A stretch of DNA of 63,059 nucleotides, the filler included, from Octopus bimaculoides (Eukaryota): NCBI RefSeq assembly GCF_001194135.2. It is 4 parts of 3 records of this genome, joined end to end, with 100 filler letters (N's around TTAATTAATTAA, not from the genome) between each part and the next. Parts side by side here need not be neighbours in the genome. Positions count along the whole stretch, not along the records: positions 37,104 to 61,142 come from NC_069003.1; 3 more parts are not named here. One strand, 5' to 3'. How positions within the stretch are numbered: the stretch's first letter is position 1; each line of letters starts with the position of its first letter. A model generated the notes under the pieces. The model did no database searches. It saw nothing but the letters and a program-made list of their open reading frames with translations, and was not told where the DNA came from. Below are positions 48,581-61,023 of this stretch, piece by piece. A program made the translations under genes and the position numbers.

Positions 48581-49611
48581 TGTGGACTAACCAATACCAT
48601 TTACAAGGCTGCTGTTGATCCGAAAATCTTGTGGCAGACATTCACCCGAGGTTCCATGCAACGAGATTGAACCCAATACCTTATGATTGCGAGGCTAGTT
48701 TCTTTATCATTTCATTCTGCCTGCATCCACAGTTTTGATATTTCATAATTACTCTGTTAACTGTTTGGCTCATTCCATTCTATTAACTGTATTCCTTTCT
48801 GTTGGCGTTATGAGGGAGTTGGAATATTGCCAGTTTGTTGACGTTTGTGCTTGCCTCAAATTGCCAATAGTTGCAGATATCTAAAGACAGCAACGTTTTA
48901 AAATTCTTTTTTTTTTTTTTTATGGAGAAACTGGATACTTGGTTCGTAGCTAATGAAATCTACATCACTATATCCTTGAACCAAAATAATTAGTGAAAAG
49001 CGTTGCATTTCACAATGGTGGTGTAAGACTTAATACTGTAATTAGCAGGGGTATAATATGACTCCCAAGGGTTTATATAGGCATTAAAGTCCGAAACAAA
49101 CTCATTGTCCTAGATATATTCAACAAAGGTCATAGTAAGGAACGGGAACATACACACGCATACATACACACATACTCACTCACTCATATATCTATATATA
49201 TATATAAATATTTGTATATATATATATATATNNNNNNNNNNNNNNNNNNNNNNNNNNNNNNNNNNNNNNNNNNNNNNNNNNNNNNNNNNNNNNNNNNNNN
49301 NNNNNNNNNNNNNNNNNNNNNNNNNNNNNNNNNNNNNNNNNNNNNNNNNNNNNNNNNNNNNNNNNNNNNNNNNNNNNNNNNNNNNNNNNNNNNNNNNNNN
49401 NNNNNNNNNNNNNNNNNNNNNNNNNNNNNNNNNNNNNNNNNNNNNNNNNNNNNNNNNNNNNNNNNNNNNNNNNNNNNNNNNNNNNNNNNNNNNNNNNNNN
49501 NNNNNNNNNNNNNNNNNNNNNNNNNNNNNNNNNNNNNNNNNNNNNNNNNNNNNNNNNNNNNNNNNNNNNNNNNNNNNNNNNNNNNNNNNNNNNNNNNNNN
49601 NNNNNNNAGTT

Positions 49612-49698
<87 letters not shown>

Positions 49699-49731
49699 TA
49701 TTTAGAAGGTTGTTTGTTATGACCGGTGAGA

Positions 49732-49791
49732 AAGTGACGATCGTTTTCCCGCCTAGACAGCGTTTAGCTGTCTAGGCGACTCGTCAGAGTT
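49732..49791 (-). ncRNA. Type I hammerhead-like motif with 12-bp stem II and GUC site
   Basis: AACU-CUGACGA-GU-CGCCUAGACAGC-UAAAC-GCUGUCUAGGCG-GG-AAAA-CGAUCG-UC-ACUU; stem III ACGAUCGU. The junction around positions 11.1/12 is imperfect. Confidence 0.6.
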
Positions 49792-50664
49792 GTTTACTTG
49801 GACATTATGGGCGCGAAACCAACGGTCACTCTCTGACCGGCCAGAGCAAACAAGTCTTCTAAATATTACTGGTCTAATGTTTTAGAGTATACTTCTTTTC
49901 GGATATATGAAATACTGACCGATCATATTTTCGTGTGTGTGTGTAACGTTCCCAATTATGACCTTTGTTGAATATATCCAAGACGAGTTTGTTTTGGATT
50001 TTAATCCATATATAAGCCCTCGGGAGTCATACTAAGCTCCTGCTAACTATAGTACTAAGTCTTAAGGGGAAATAAAACGTCGTATCAGATTGCTTACATC
50101 ATAAGAATTGACATTGGGTATCGGACTGTGCGAAGCGGGTATTTCGGCTGGTGACATCCGATTTCAGTGAAAGAATGATCTGCTGGAGGCCCTTTAAGCC
50201 ATAAAGATACACGTTTTGTTTTTTGTTTTTTTTTTTGGGGGGGGGGGAGTTCGGTTTGGTTACTGGATATGGAATGTGGAATGTGGGCGTATATTTATGA
50301 TCTAGTAGCGAAGGCCCAATCCATGGAATGGTGTCACACCTTTTTTCNNNNNNNNNNNNNNNNNNNNNNNNNNNNNNNNNNNNNNNNNNNNNNNNNNNNN
50401 NNNNNNNNNNNNNNNNNNNNNNNNNNNNNNNNNNNNNTAAAACCTCATGGTGACTGTTTTCGGAATGGAAAAAGGTATCATTCTCTTTGATTTTTCTGGA
50501 ACGTTGTTGTACCATGGACAGAGAGTGGTGGGGGGGAGGAGTAGAGAATAAATGACCCTACTACTTCATTGGTACTTATCCGAATTAAATAGCGATAGTT
50601 TAAAGCATTGTACGCAACGCTCTGACAACCCAGCCAATTTGCCTATTGCGACAAGAATTTGTTT

Positions 50665-50872
50665 TCAAATTTTGGCAAAATAAAAGAACAGCAAATTCGG
50701 AGGGAGGGGTAAATAGATTACATCGACCCCAGTCCTGAACTTGTACTTATTTTATCGAAGCCCGAAAGGATAAGTCGACCTCGGCGGAATTTGAACTCAG
50801 AACTTAAAGACGGACGAAATGCCGCTAAGCATTTTGTCTAGCGTGCTAGCAATTTTGTCAGCTTGCCGCCTT
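50665..50872 (-). mobile_element. Meta-like SINE
   Basis: Family motifs on the minus strand. Confidence 0.85.
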
Positions 50873-51204
50873 AGCCGTGAAAAGTATTAATAGATATTTG
50901 TTTCACCCTATCAATGTTTAAACAGAGACCAAGTTCACAGCATCTTTTTTCCCCGCCTACTTCATTTCACCAACAGTTAACGATCTTCCTCCTCATTATA
51001 CGTTATTAACTAAACATTGTCTCAAACAAAGGAAAAAACATCTGTTGTTTTTTTGTTTTTTTTTGTTTTTAAAGAAAGGAAAAATAGAATCATAATGTTC
51101 GTATAAAGTTTATCTCTATATTTATGTATGCGTAGATGATTAGATGCATGTGTGCTTTAACAAATTACTTGTAATGAATTGAAGTTATATATCAATGTCA
51201 AGCT

Positions 51205-51228
51205 GCTAATGATGATAATAATGATAAC

Positions 51229-51287
<59 letters not shown>

Positions 51288-51301
51288 TGATAATAATAAT
51301 G

Positions 51302-51363
<62 letters not shown>

Positions 51364-51440
51364 TGATAATAATAATAATAATGATAATGATAATAATAAT
51401 AATTAATAATAATAATAATTAATAACAATAATATTAATAT
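51205..51440. repeat. Long (AAT)n with GAT interruptions
   Basis: Direct reading; explains the poly-I and poly-L ORFs. Confidence 0.95.
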
Positions 51441-51538
51441 TATCGCATAACGATGTAAATTTGCCTCTGTTGATCGATGTATGGAGTAGGACATATATTT
51501 ATCTATATCTAAATATCTATCACTTTAAACTTGTGTAT

Positions 51539-51577
<39 letters not shown>

Positions 51578-51904
51578 TGTGTGTGTGAGTGAGTGTGTGT
51601 GTGTGTGTGTGTGTGTGTATGAGGCTGTGTGTTTGAACGTATAAGTATGTATTTATGTTTGTATTCATGAATGTATATACATCATATTTACATGTATAGT
51701 TACGTATGTGTCCTTATATACAAACATGTATATCATATATGCATATATATTTACCCACACATATCTATATGCATGCGCAAGCGTATGTGTATGTATGTAT
51801 ATGCATGTATATCCGTGAGTGTAATTATATACACACAGATACATATATTATCCTCGTATAAGTGTGTGTTTGTCCGCACATAATTATATGTATATATGTA
51901 TATA

Positions 51905-51935
<31 letters not shown>

Positions 51936-52077
51936 GCATATATATATGCATATATATATATATGTGTGTGTGTGCGATACAGCTTTCATTTAAGTATTTG
52001 TATATGCCACTTCTACATTAAAACACTTTACGCCTACTTTTGTGTATCTATATTTTTTACTAATGTATATATGTGAG

Positions 52078-52124
<47 letters not shown>

Positions 52125-52635
52125 ATGTATGAATGTCATTATTCAGTTTTATTTCAAGAATTCTTGNNNNNNNNNNCAAACACACATGTATGAATGTCAT
52201 TATTCAGTTTTATTTCAAGAATTCTTGCCAATAGAGAAAGAGCCGGTTTCTAACCGAGATCCAAGGCTCCTTCATTAGAAACGGCTGTAAGTCAAGATGA
52301 CTAATTTGCTGTTAATAATAAACAATTATTAACTTCCCAATCTCTATTTTCTTCTCCTTTTAAATGGATATAAACTATATGTCTTTATATATACCTATTA
52401 TTTTAAAGAAATTCATTCCCCAAAAGTACTAGGTATTTAACCAGCATTTCCTTGGATGAAACCATCCCTTCATGAGGTTAACATAGCCTCTAATTAAATT
52501 TATATATATTATACAGAGAAAGAGAGAGAGGGGGAGAGGGAGAGGAAGAGATGCAGGCTTGGCTGTGTGGTAAGAAGCTAGCTTTCTAACCACATGATTC
52601 TGGCTTTAGTCGCAATAAGTGCCACCTTGGGCAAG

Positions 52636-53191
52636 TGTCAATATATATAGAAGGTCATGGTGACTGTTTGGTGGTTTGCGGCCGGTCTCATCCATCACAG
52701 CTTTTGGATCCAGGCGAAACCATTACGACAGAGAAGTACTGTCAGCAAATGGATGAAATTCATAAGAAACTCCGACAACAGCCAGCGTTGGTCAGTAGAA
52801 AAGGACCAATTCTTCTCCACGACAACGCTCGGCCGCACGTCGTACGACTGACCCTGCAGAATTTGAACGAATTGGGCTACGAAACTCTGCCTCATCCACC
52901 ATACTCACCAGACGTCTCGCCTACCGACTACCACTTTTTCAAGCATCTCGACATCTTCCTGCGTGAGAAATGCTTCAAAAACCAAGACGATGCCAAACAC
53001 GCCTTCAACGACTTCATCGCCACCAGAACGCAGGATGTTTACGCTACTGGCATAAATAAATTTGTTCCGCGTTAGCAAAAGTGTGTTGATTCTGATGGAG
53101 TTTATTTCGATTAATAAAGTTTTGCCTGAGCCGAGATATGTGCATCTGAATTTAAAGATTAAAAACTGCAAGAACTTTCTTGACAACCTAA
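52636..53191 (+). mobile_element. mariner (DD34D) transposase C-terminal half with 3' TIR, joined to a CORE-like SINE head (52553-52635)
   Basis: KVMVTVWW, GPILLHDNARPH, HPPYSPDVSPTDYHFFKHL, *QKCVDSDGVYFD*; one frameshift and one stop; TIR CTTGACAACCTAA. Confidence 0.93.
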
Positions 53192-53879
53192 TTAATACTT
53201 GAGCTTTACATCAAAAATCAAAATTTACTTCGGTGCCACGAAAAATCTTGTAGAAATTGGGTGTAAGAATCAGTTGAAAATATTCTGGGACGAAACTCGC
53301 TCCAACNNNNNNNNNNNNNNNNNNNNNNNNNNNNNNNNNNNNNNNNNNNNNNNNNNNNNNNNNNNNNNNNNNNNNNNNNNNNNNNNNNNNNNNNNNNNNN
53401 NNNNNNNNNNNNNNNNNNNNNNNNNNNNNNNNNNNNNNNNNNNNNNNNNNNNNNNNNNNNNNNNNNNNNNNNNNNNNNNNNNNNNNNNNNNNNNNNNNNN
53501 NNNNNNNNNNNNNNNNNNNNNNNNNNNNNNNNNNNNNNNNNNNNNNNNNNNNNNNNNNNNNNNNNNNNNNNNNNNNNNNNNNNNNNNNNNNNNNNNNNNN
53601 NNNNNNNNNNNNNNNNNNNGTCAAGAGTAGGACATCTCAATTCAATCTGAGGAGGCTTATTCGGGTGGGGATCTGGAATGTTCTCTCTCTGCCAGAAAAG
53701 TAATCGAAAATAATATAAACAAATCGCTGCTGCCATCACAAAATTTCCGTGTACCTTCAAATGAAGCTTAGAAACATCTTGACACTATAGTTCGTGAAAA
53801 AAACTTTTCAAATTTTTCGAAGACATCGTTCAGCGACAGGCTTTTTTCAACAAGATTAAGGAAAAATTCAGCTGCTCTA

Positions 53880-54960
53880 ATATGGTTAGTTATCAACGAT
53901 TTTGCTGGAGAGCACATGGAATCATGTGATGTTAATTACTGAAATATTAATACCCTCATATACACAGCTGCTATCACTCTTATAGAACGCCTGGGAGAAA
54001 TCTGCAGTATACATGGTTATGAAATTACTAAACGGAAGCAACTTTCATGGAAAACAAAACTTGAAGAAAGCATCAACAATTTCTGCTGCCATATTGAATA
54101 CTAATGAAGATAATAAAATGAAAGGAGAAAAATGACGTAACTAGTTATATTTTATGCAAATAATAGCAGAGGTCTATGGTGACCCTTTACACTGAGCTCT
54201 TGATGAAAAGCTAATTTCTCTAGAGCACGAACCTAGAATGCTGAGCGAAAAACTCTGCTAACGCAGGCGAAGCTTTGAACATTCCAGTATGAACCACAAA
54301 TTTGCTTCCAATTCACAGGCATTATGCAGAGATAGAGGAGTAAGACATTACTGTTAAGGAAGGTATCTCTCAAGATCTTGAATCATTCTGGTCTAAAATC
54401 TGGAATGAAAAAAGGATTTTAACTTTAAGGTATCGTGGCTACATACAGTTTGGAAAGAATATTATACCAATATTCACAGTAAAACACAATTATCCGGAAA
54501 TTTTCGCCATAGTTGTATGCAAACTGCATAATAGGAAGACACATAGAAGAGGCCTAATAGTTGGATATTGGTGCAAGGGGCCGACGTTTTTCAGAAAACC
54601 TTTAATAAATATATTCAAAAGGACTATGGAAGGTAAGGTTGACATACGAAATTGGAATCCTATTACATGGATGAATATTGTAGCTAAGTTGGCAGAAAAC
54701 TATAGGTTTATTGCTTGCCTAAACATTATGTACAAACTTACACAATCTGTCACAACCAATTTCTTCAGAATTGCTTTGAGTCCAGCAACATAGGAACTGA
54801 TGAGGAGGGGCAAGTTGAAAGAAGAGAGTGTGATGATGTGCCGAACAATTTTTGATAAATAAAGCTGTACTGTCTGAAACAAGAAACCATTGTAGAAACC
54901 TTGCGACAGTACGACTTGATTATAGGAAAGCATCCGACTCTTTTCCATACTAATGGCTAC
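53880..54960 (+). mobile_element. R4/Dong-like (RLE-type) non-LTR retrotransposon RT fragment
   Basis: WSKIWNE, NYRFIACLNIMYKL, CAEQFLINK, DYRKASDSFPY*WL; truncated by a SINE. Confidence 0.75.
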
Positions 54961-55110
54961 AGCAGGGTTCGCCACCATCCCCTGTCGGAACCTCGTGGAG
55001 CTTTAGGTGTTTTCGCTCAATAAACACTCACAACGCCCGGTCTGGGAGTCGAAACCGCGATCTTATGACCGCGAGTCCGCTGCCCTAACCACTGGGCTAT
55101 TGCGCCTCCA
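54960..55110 (-). mobile_element. 5' portion of the tRNA(Arg)-like SINE
   Basis: Matches 47211-47360; anticodon-loop region GGACTCGCGGTC. Confidence 0.9.
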
Positions 55111-55654
55111 CTCAAGTGTAAATATAACAGGCCGGATATTGTTATTTGGACAGACGAGAAAAGTGTGTGCCTTTACAGAAGTCAGTTATCCTGCTAATGC
55201 GAATATCTCTTCGAAAATCAAAGAGAAAGAGGATAACTACGGACAGCTACATCAGAACTTCTAGCTTCTATATTCAGATTATAAATTCACATTTATACCA
55301 ATAATAATTTATGCACTTCGTTTTGTAAGTAAATATTGTTGTTTGTTGGACACAGCACGAGCCATATTTCCTATAAAGCATTAACTGCTGCCATAAGATT
55401 TGATATATTTTCCAATTAAATTTCATGTATTATCTTTATAATTAGCTTGCCAACATGTCTGTGTATGTATAGGTTGACGATGGTGGTGGATGTTTGAAGG
55501 ATAATTTGTTATTTTTGCTCCGGGGCATCAGATTAAAACACATTGGACATTTTCATAGTATTAATTATAAGGTTGCAATAGATATTTATATGACACTAAT
55601 TCGTTCGTAGTGATTTTTAATATTTGAAATATTTTCATGATGGCACACTTAGCA

Positions 55655-56100
55655 GATATATAAGAAGTTTGCTTCTTGACCACATGGTTCCAGGTTCAGT
55701 CCCACTACGTAGAAACTTGGTCAAATATCTTCTACTATAGACTCAGGCTGATTAAAGCCTTGTTTGTGGATTTTGCAAACGGAAACTGAAAGAAGCCCGT
55801 TGTATATGTGTGTGTGTATGTCTGTGTGAGTGTGTGTGTGTGTGTGTGAAGGCGCATGGCCTAGTGGTTAGGCTCTTGCATTCACAATCGCAAGATCGTG
55901 GATGCCATTCCCAGAACGGGCGGCGCGTTGTGTTCCCTTTCGATCCAGTCTTCTTTCGATCAAGGAGGAGTGTTGGCCTGCTCGCCTAGTCAGCCGGGTG
56001 GTGTCATTTGATGTCTAAAATGATGCAAAGCGCATTATGACCAGCGATGTGTAACAGCATCTGAAAGTCTGTAGTCTGGTTGGTTACGTAATCACGTGCT
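55655..56100 (+). mobile_element. CORE-like SINE 5' half (55655-55800), (TG)n, then a different tRNA-headed SINE (55848-56100)
   Basis: Second head GGCGCATGGCCTAGTGGTTAGG; its tail recurs inverted at about 60830-60990. Confidence 0.75.
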
Positions 56101-56238
56101 ATATATATATATATATATATATACACATACATACACACAAGTAAGGTGGAAAAAATAGTACACTAATACCAATGGTACAGTAATATTTTTTTTTAAGGCA
56201 GAAAAAATCTTCACAAATTGTTACTCAGAGTTTCACGT

Positions 56239-56274
<36 letters not shown>

Positions 56275-56469
56275 TCTCTCTCTCCATCTCTCTCTCTTGA
56301 AGTGAAATTTATGAAGCTACTTCTCTCAGTAAATTATGCATGAAATTACTTTCATCAATAATTGTAAACTTTTTGTCAGTAATTTGTCGTTGTTGTTTGT
56401 AAATAGCGATTGAACTTAAAGTGGAAACAGTAGCGTCTGAAAAATGAAAGTGAAGACAATAGAGTGAGT

Positions 56470-56660
56470 GAGATATAGAGAGAGGGGGATAGAGAGCTAG
56501 TTAGACAAATAAGATAGATATAGATAGATAGATAAAATATAGACAGATAGATACAAAGTGATAGATAGAGAGATATAGATAGAGAGATATAGATAGAGAG
56601 ATAGAGATAGATAGAGATAGATAGAAAGAAATGGATAGAGAGATATAGAGAGATATAGAC
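56470..56660. repeat. (GATA/GA)n compound microsatellite
   Basis: Direct reading. Confidence 0.9.
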
Positions 56661-57299
56661 GTCACTGACGCTAGAAAACCGGAAGTAAATATTTCAAAAA
56701 ACTTTCAAAGACCTGAATCTAATATAAAAAGCAATGTTTATTTATGACCAATGGATGTAAAAGAAACAATCAATTTCTGAAAGTTACTTCGCAAAGAGTT
56801 ACCTCCCTTCTCTACGTAACCCAGGAATGGGTGTTTTCTTCCCCCAAGAGGCCCGTTACTCATTATGTGAAAAATGTAAAGAGTCTAAAACAACCCCTGG
56901 AACATAAGTGATGCATGTTCCAAGTTAGGAGAAAATCAGTTGAAAAATACGGCTGTTATAATCTTTTACACACGGAGACAGAACTGGATTTATATTATAG
57001 ATATAATATATANNNNNNNNNNNNNNNNNNNNNNNNNNNNNNNNNNNNNNNNNNNNNNNNNNNNNNNNNNNNNNNNNNNNNNNNNNNNNNNNNNNNNNNN
57101 NNNNNNNNNNNNNNNNNNNNNNNNNNNATATATATATATATATAAGGCAGTTATTTTGAGTCTAATTTTAAAACTGTAGGGCCATAAATTTTTCAGATAG
57201 ACCATGTCATTCTGCGAGAGGTATCCAAATTTCGCGAAAAGGGGGTTGAATTGCATAAAATCTAGAGCTTGCCTAGAAAACCTAACCTCTGATTTGAAT

Positions 57300-57655
57300 T
57301 CAGCTCACTCAGATGAGTTAAGAACAAGTGCTGGTATTCATGCAATAAAAACTTTGCTTCCCTGTGTTATCAGTAATGTCCACCCGCTTTTCAACGTTCT
57401 TGTAAAGAGACATCATTTTGCACTTGCAAAGATTTGTAAAACGAAACTGGGGTCGTTCTTGCGTTCTCTAGTTGAAGGCCATATCACCATAGAATAGGTC
57501 TTTTGCGATCACTGCCGAAGATCAGTTTGCTGATGGCATAGGCTCTGTCAACTGCAGACTTAGTGTGCGTTGTTAGCACATTATTGTTCTCCAGACTCTT
57601 ATTGTCAATCTAGCTAGCGTTGAAGCAACTCTTCTAATACGGTTGTTATTCTCAG
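57300..57655 (-). mobile_element. RTE-clade LINE remnant
   Basis: NNRIRRVASTLARLTIRVW and AKDLFYGDM...ERPQFRF resemble the RTE C-terminus. Confidence 0.55.
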
Positions 57656-57664
57656 ATTCTTGGG

Positions 57665-58006
57665 CACTGGTTCTCAGTCAGGGTCCATGTGACCTCTGGT
57701 GGTCCATATAGGATTTTCGGGGGTCCATACAAGCAAAATAGTAAATTCGGTCCTTAGTAATATTTTGTGAGTCCATGAAGAAATTTTGCTTTAGGTATAT
57801 TTCTGGCAAGAAACAATTAGGTTTCTTTCTCTAGCGTTTTACATAGCACAGCCTAAACAAGTTAATGTGTGATAAACAAAATATGAATTTTAAAAGATAT
57901 ATCTATAAAACTAGTTTTTAAACATTGAGTGACTATTGGGGTCCACCAGAATAAAATAGTAATCAAAGGGGTCCATAGATGAAAGAAAAATGGTTGGGAA
58001 ACACTG
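57665..58006. mobile_element. hAT-type MITE with internal GGGTCCA repeats
   Basis: TIRs CACTGGTTCTCA / TTGGGAAACACTG; several GGTCCA motifs. Confidence 0.65.
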
Positions 58007-58386
58007 TTCGGTATGTAGAGCAGATGTAAACTTGTGGGCTGCATCTCGCTCATAGCTGTTAATGGTGTGGTAGATGAGGGCTCAATACCTTTGTCCAGTA
58101 CTGTTGTTCTCAAGACTTATGGTCAAGTAGAAGTTTTGAAAAGCTCTTGTGAGCCTTTTGTCCATGAGGCGTTGCAGTTGCTCCACCGAGTATTTGCCAG
58201 TGACGGCGCAGTAACTTATCTGATGCCCAATCGAGCGGGAGGACGCCGTGGCAAGCATTAAAGCCGCGGACGCGAACCCAGGAGAAACCGACTGCTGGTG
58301 CAATAACCTCATGTGCAGTCTTTGCTAGCATTTGGGATGGGCAGTAATCTGTGGTGGTCTTCGTCGGTCATGAGCGGACAGCCATC

Positions 58387-58421
<35 letters not shown>

Positions 58422-59869
58422 TGTATCATACATATATACGTGTATATATTATATATATATATANNNNNNNNNNNNNNNNNNNNNNNNNNNNNNNNNNNNN
58501 NNNNNNNNNNNNNNNNNNNNNNNNNNNNNNNNNNNNNNNNNNNNNNNNNNNNNNNNNNNNNNNNNNNNNNNNNNNNNNNNNNNNNNNNNNNNNNNNNNNN
58601 NNNNNNNNNNNNNNNNNNNNNNNNNNNNNNNNNNNNNNNNNNNNNNNNNNNNNNNNNNNNNNNNNNNNNNNNNNNNNNNNNNNNNNNNNNNNNNNNNNNN
58701 NNNNNNNNNNNNNNNNNNNNNNNNNNNNNNNNNNNNNNNNNNNNNNNNNNNNNNNNNNNNNTATATATATATATATATATATATGCTTAGGTGTGTGAGA
58801 GCATGTTGTATGTATGTTATGTATGTATGTATGTATGTATGTATGTATGTATGTATGTATGTATGTAGATGCAAACAAGTAAAGTAGAACTCAAAATATG
58901 AGTATATGTATATTTGTTATTAATATGTAGCAGAAACAACACAGTGACTCAAGTCCCGAGAGTTTCGTGTATTGGCACGTGTATGTATATATGTGATGTG
59001 TTAATCCCGGAGCAAAACAATGATCAAGAAGTGAATATATATTCAGTGAATATATATACCGATGCTTCCATCTGAGTGTCAAAGAAAATATTAGAATATA
59101 TAAATAACAATTTGAGCAAAAAGTATCTGGATAATTTTTCTGTATTTCTTTAACGCTGGAATGGTGTTGGGGAAATGTTTGTTTTAGCTTCCAACTCATT
59201 GGTCTTATGTCAGACAGAAAACTAGAAGAGAGAGAAAAAAGTGTAGAGCATCAAATTCAATGCAAAACTTTTCGATGTATTTGTTGTCCTGGTGTCGTTA
59301 TTATTATAGTTTTGAATAGACTATACATACATACATACACATGCACACAGATACATACATACATACATACATACATACATACACACACACAGACGATCAC
59401 ATATATAAATATATATGTATACATATATATGTACGTATGCATATATGTATGTATGTATGTATGTATGCATGTATGCATGTATGCATTGTATGTATGTATG
59501 TATGTATGCATATTTTATATATCTGTATATCTTATTCATTTCAGTTTTGAATGAGTTATACATACATACATACATACATACATACATACATACATACACA
59601 TAAACATATATGTGTGTGTGGGTGGGGGTTTACAATGTATACTTCCTTTTTTACGAGGCCGGGTGTGATTTAAAGGTAATTTTTCTGCTATTCCAAACAG
59701 GGTGTGCAAACACTTTGAGGCAGCTTCGGTTGTTGGTAAATATAGTTCTTTGCGAGAGGTATAGATTGGCAAAGCCAGAATGGTTGAGACATATACTGCA
59801 GTATTTGGTTTATCCTTTTTAATTATCTTCTACTTGCTTCAGTCATTAGACTTGAGGAATTTTAGTCGA

Positions 59870-60180
59870 AGCCTGGTATTTATTGTATCGGTCTTTTTTA
59901 GCCGAACCGCTAGGTGACAGAGAAATAAACACATTAACACCGATTATCACGTGGTAGTGAGGGGCAAACGCATACACAACGAAACACACTCATATGTATG
60001 TACACGCACACACGCATACACAGGTCTTCTTTCAGTTTCTGTCTACCAAATCCACTCTGAAGGCTTTAGTCGACCCGAGGCTATAGTAGAAGACACTTGA
60101 CTAAGATGCTACGCAGTGGGGTTGAACTCTGAATCATATGGTTGGGAGGCAAACTTCTTACCACACAGCCAAACCTGCGC
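59870..60180 (-). mobile_element. CORE-like SINE with internal (CA/TA)n
   Basis: Reverse complement of the 9330 family. Confidence 0.8.
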
Positions 60181-60986
60181 CTATATTTCTTTACGATCTG
60201 AATTTAAATCTCAACGAAGTTGATTTCATTTTATATTTCTTCAGCATCAGTAAATTAAATAATATTAAAATTCTTATATCGAAAGCGATACAATCGTCTT
60301 TCTTTTTCTCCATCCCTCACAATTTAAGTTTTATACCTAAGTTAGAAATCAATATGATCATATTCTGTATATTTTTCTAATTCCGTTGCCTGACACATAT
60401 CGGCAGGTGTTTTAATTTGTCGCTGTTACACAACTACAGGGGTTCAAAATGACCCCATTTCCTACCCTCAATATGTCATAGATCCATTAAAATGAAGTGT
60501 TTTAATTCATTCTCTCAAAATTAATTTTCAAATTCAATCATGTTTAATCTAAATTAGGATGCATCCGCGAAATTCTAATATCAGCTTTAGTTTTAGCAGA
60601 GTAAATTTACACGACATAAAGCAAATCAAAAATATAAAATTAAAATAATAATTATGCAAACAGAACATTTTCCATTACCAATGCATCTCAATATTTCTAT
60701 ATCTATTTTTAAAGAACGCAAATGAAGGTTTTTTAAAAAGAAAAATTAATTTAGAATGAAAATAACATTTTTCACGTTTTATATTAAAATCCTGTAGATA
60801 AGGTAATAAATATTAGTTAACCATTATGTGTCCGTTGACCTGCTCGGTTCTGATCTACATATACGCTGTATCAATGAGTGTGTATACATGGATCCATATC
60901 ACGAGACTGACCAGACTATCAGATGATGATCCACATCGCTGGTCGCAATGCGCTTTTGCATTGTTTTAGCTTTCAAATGACGCCAC

Positions 60987-61023
<37 letters not shown>

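Noticed and set aside
52116-52227. Exact 51-nt duplication on both sides of a 10-N gap
   Set aside because: Typical unmerged contig overlap.
52235-52295. Twister-like or hammerhead reading of CTAATGAAGGAG...CGGTTAGAAACCGG (minus strand)
   Set aside because: No P2/pseudoknot partners for a twister; as an HHR it has G5A and no stem I.
56659-56690. CRE-like GACGTCA and ETS-like CCGGAAGT motifs as a promoter
   Set aside because: No adjacent exon or CpG-rich region; the motifs are short and probably lie within a repeat.
58030-58385. GC-richer stretch with three overlapping 73-76 aa ORFs
   Set aside because: No recognisable motif in any frame and no clear splice sites; probably an unclassified TE fragment.
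28501-59603. Many ORF-track entries rich in YI, CV, HT, poly-I/L/F or X
   Set aside because: Translations of (TA)n, (CA)n, (TACA)n, (AAT)n, CT tracts and N gaps.
7935-60245. Isolated CTGANGA hits at about 7935, 13975(-), 15937, 34000(-), 34967, 35415(-), 41640(-) and 60232(-)
   Set aside because: They lack GAAA in register, a stem III/NUH site or a stem I. 15937 and 34000 may be very old HHR relics but cannot be supported.
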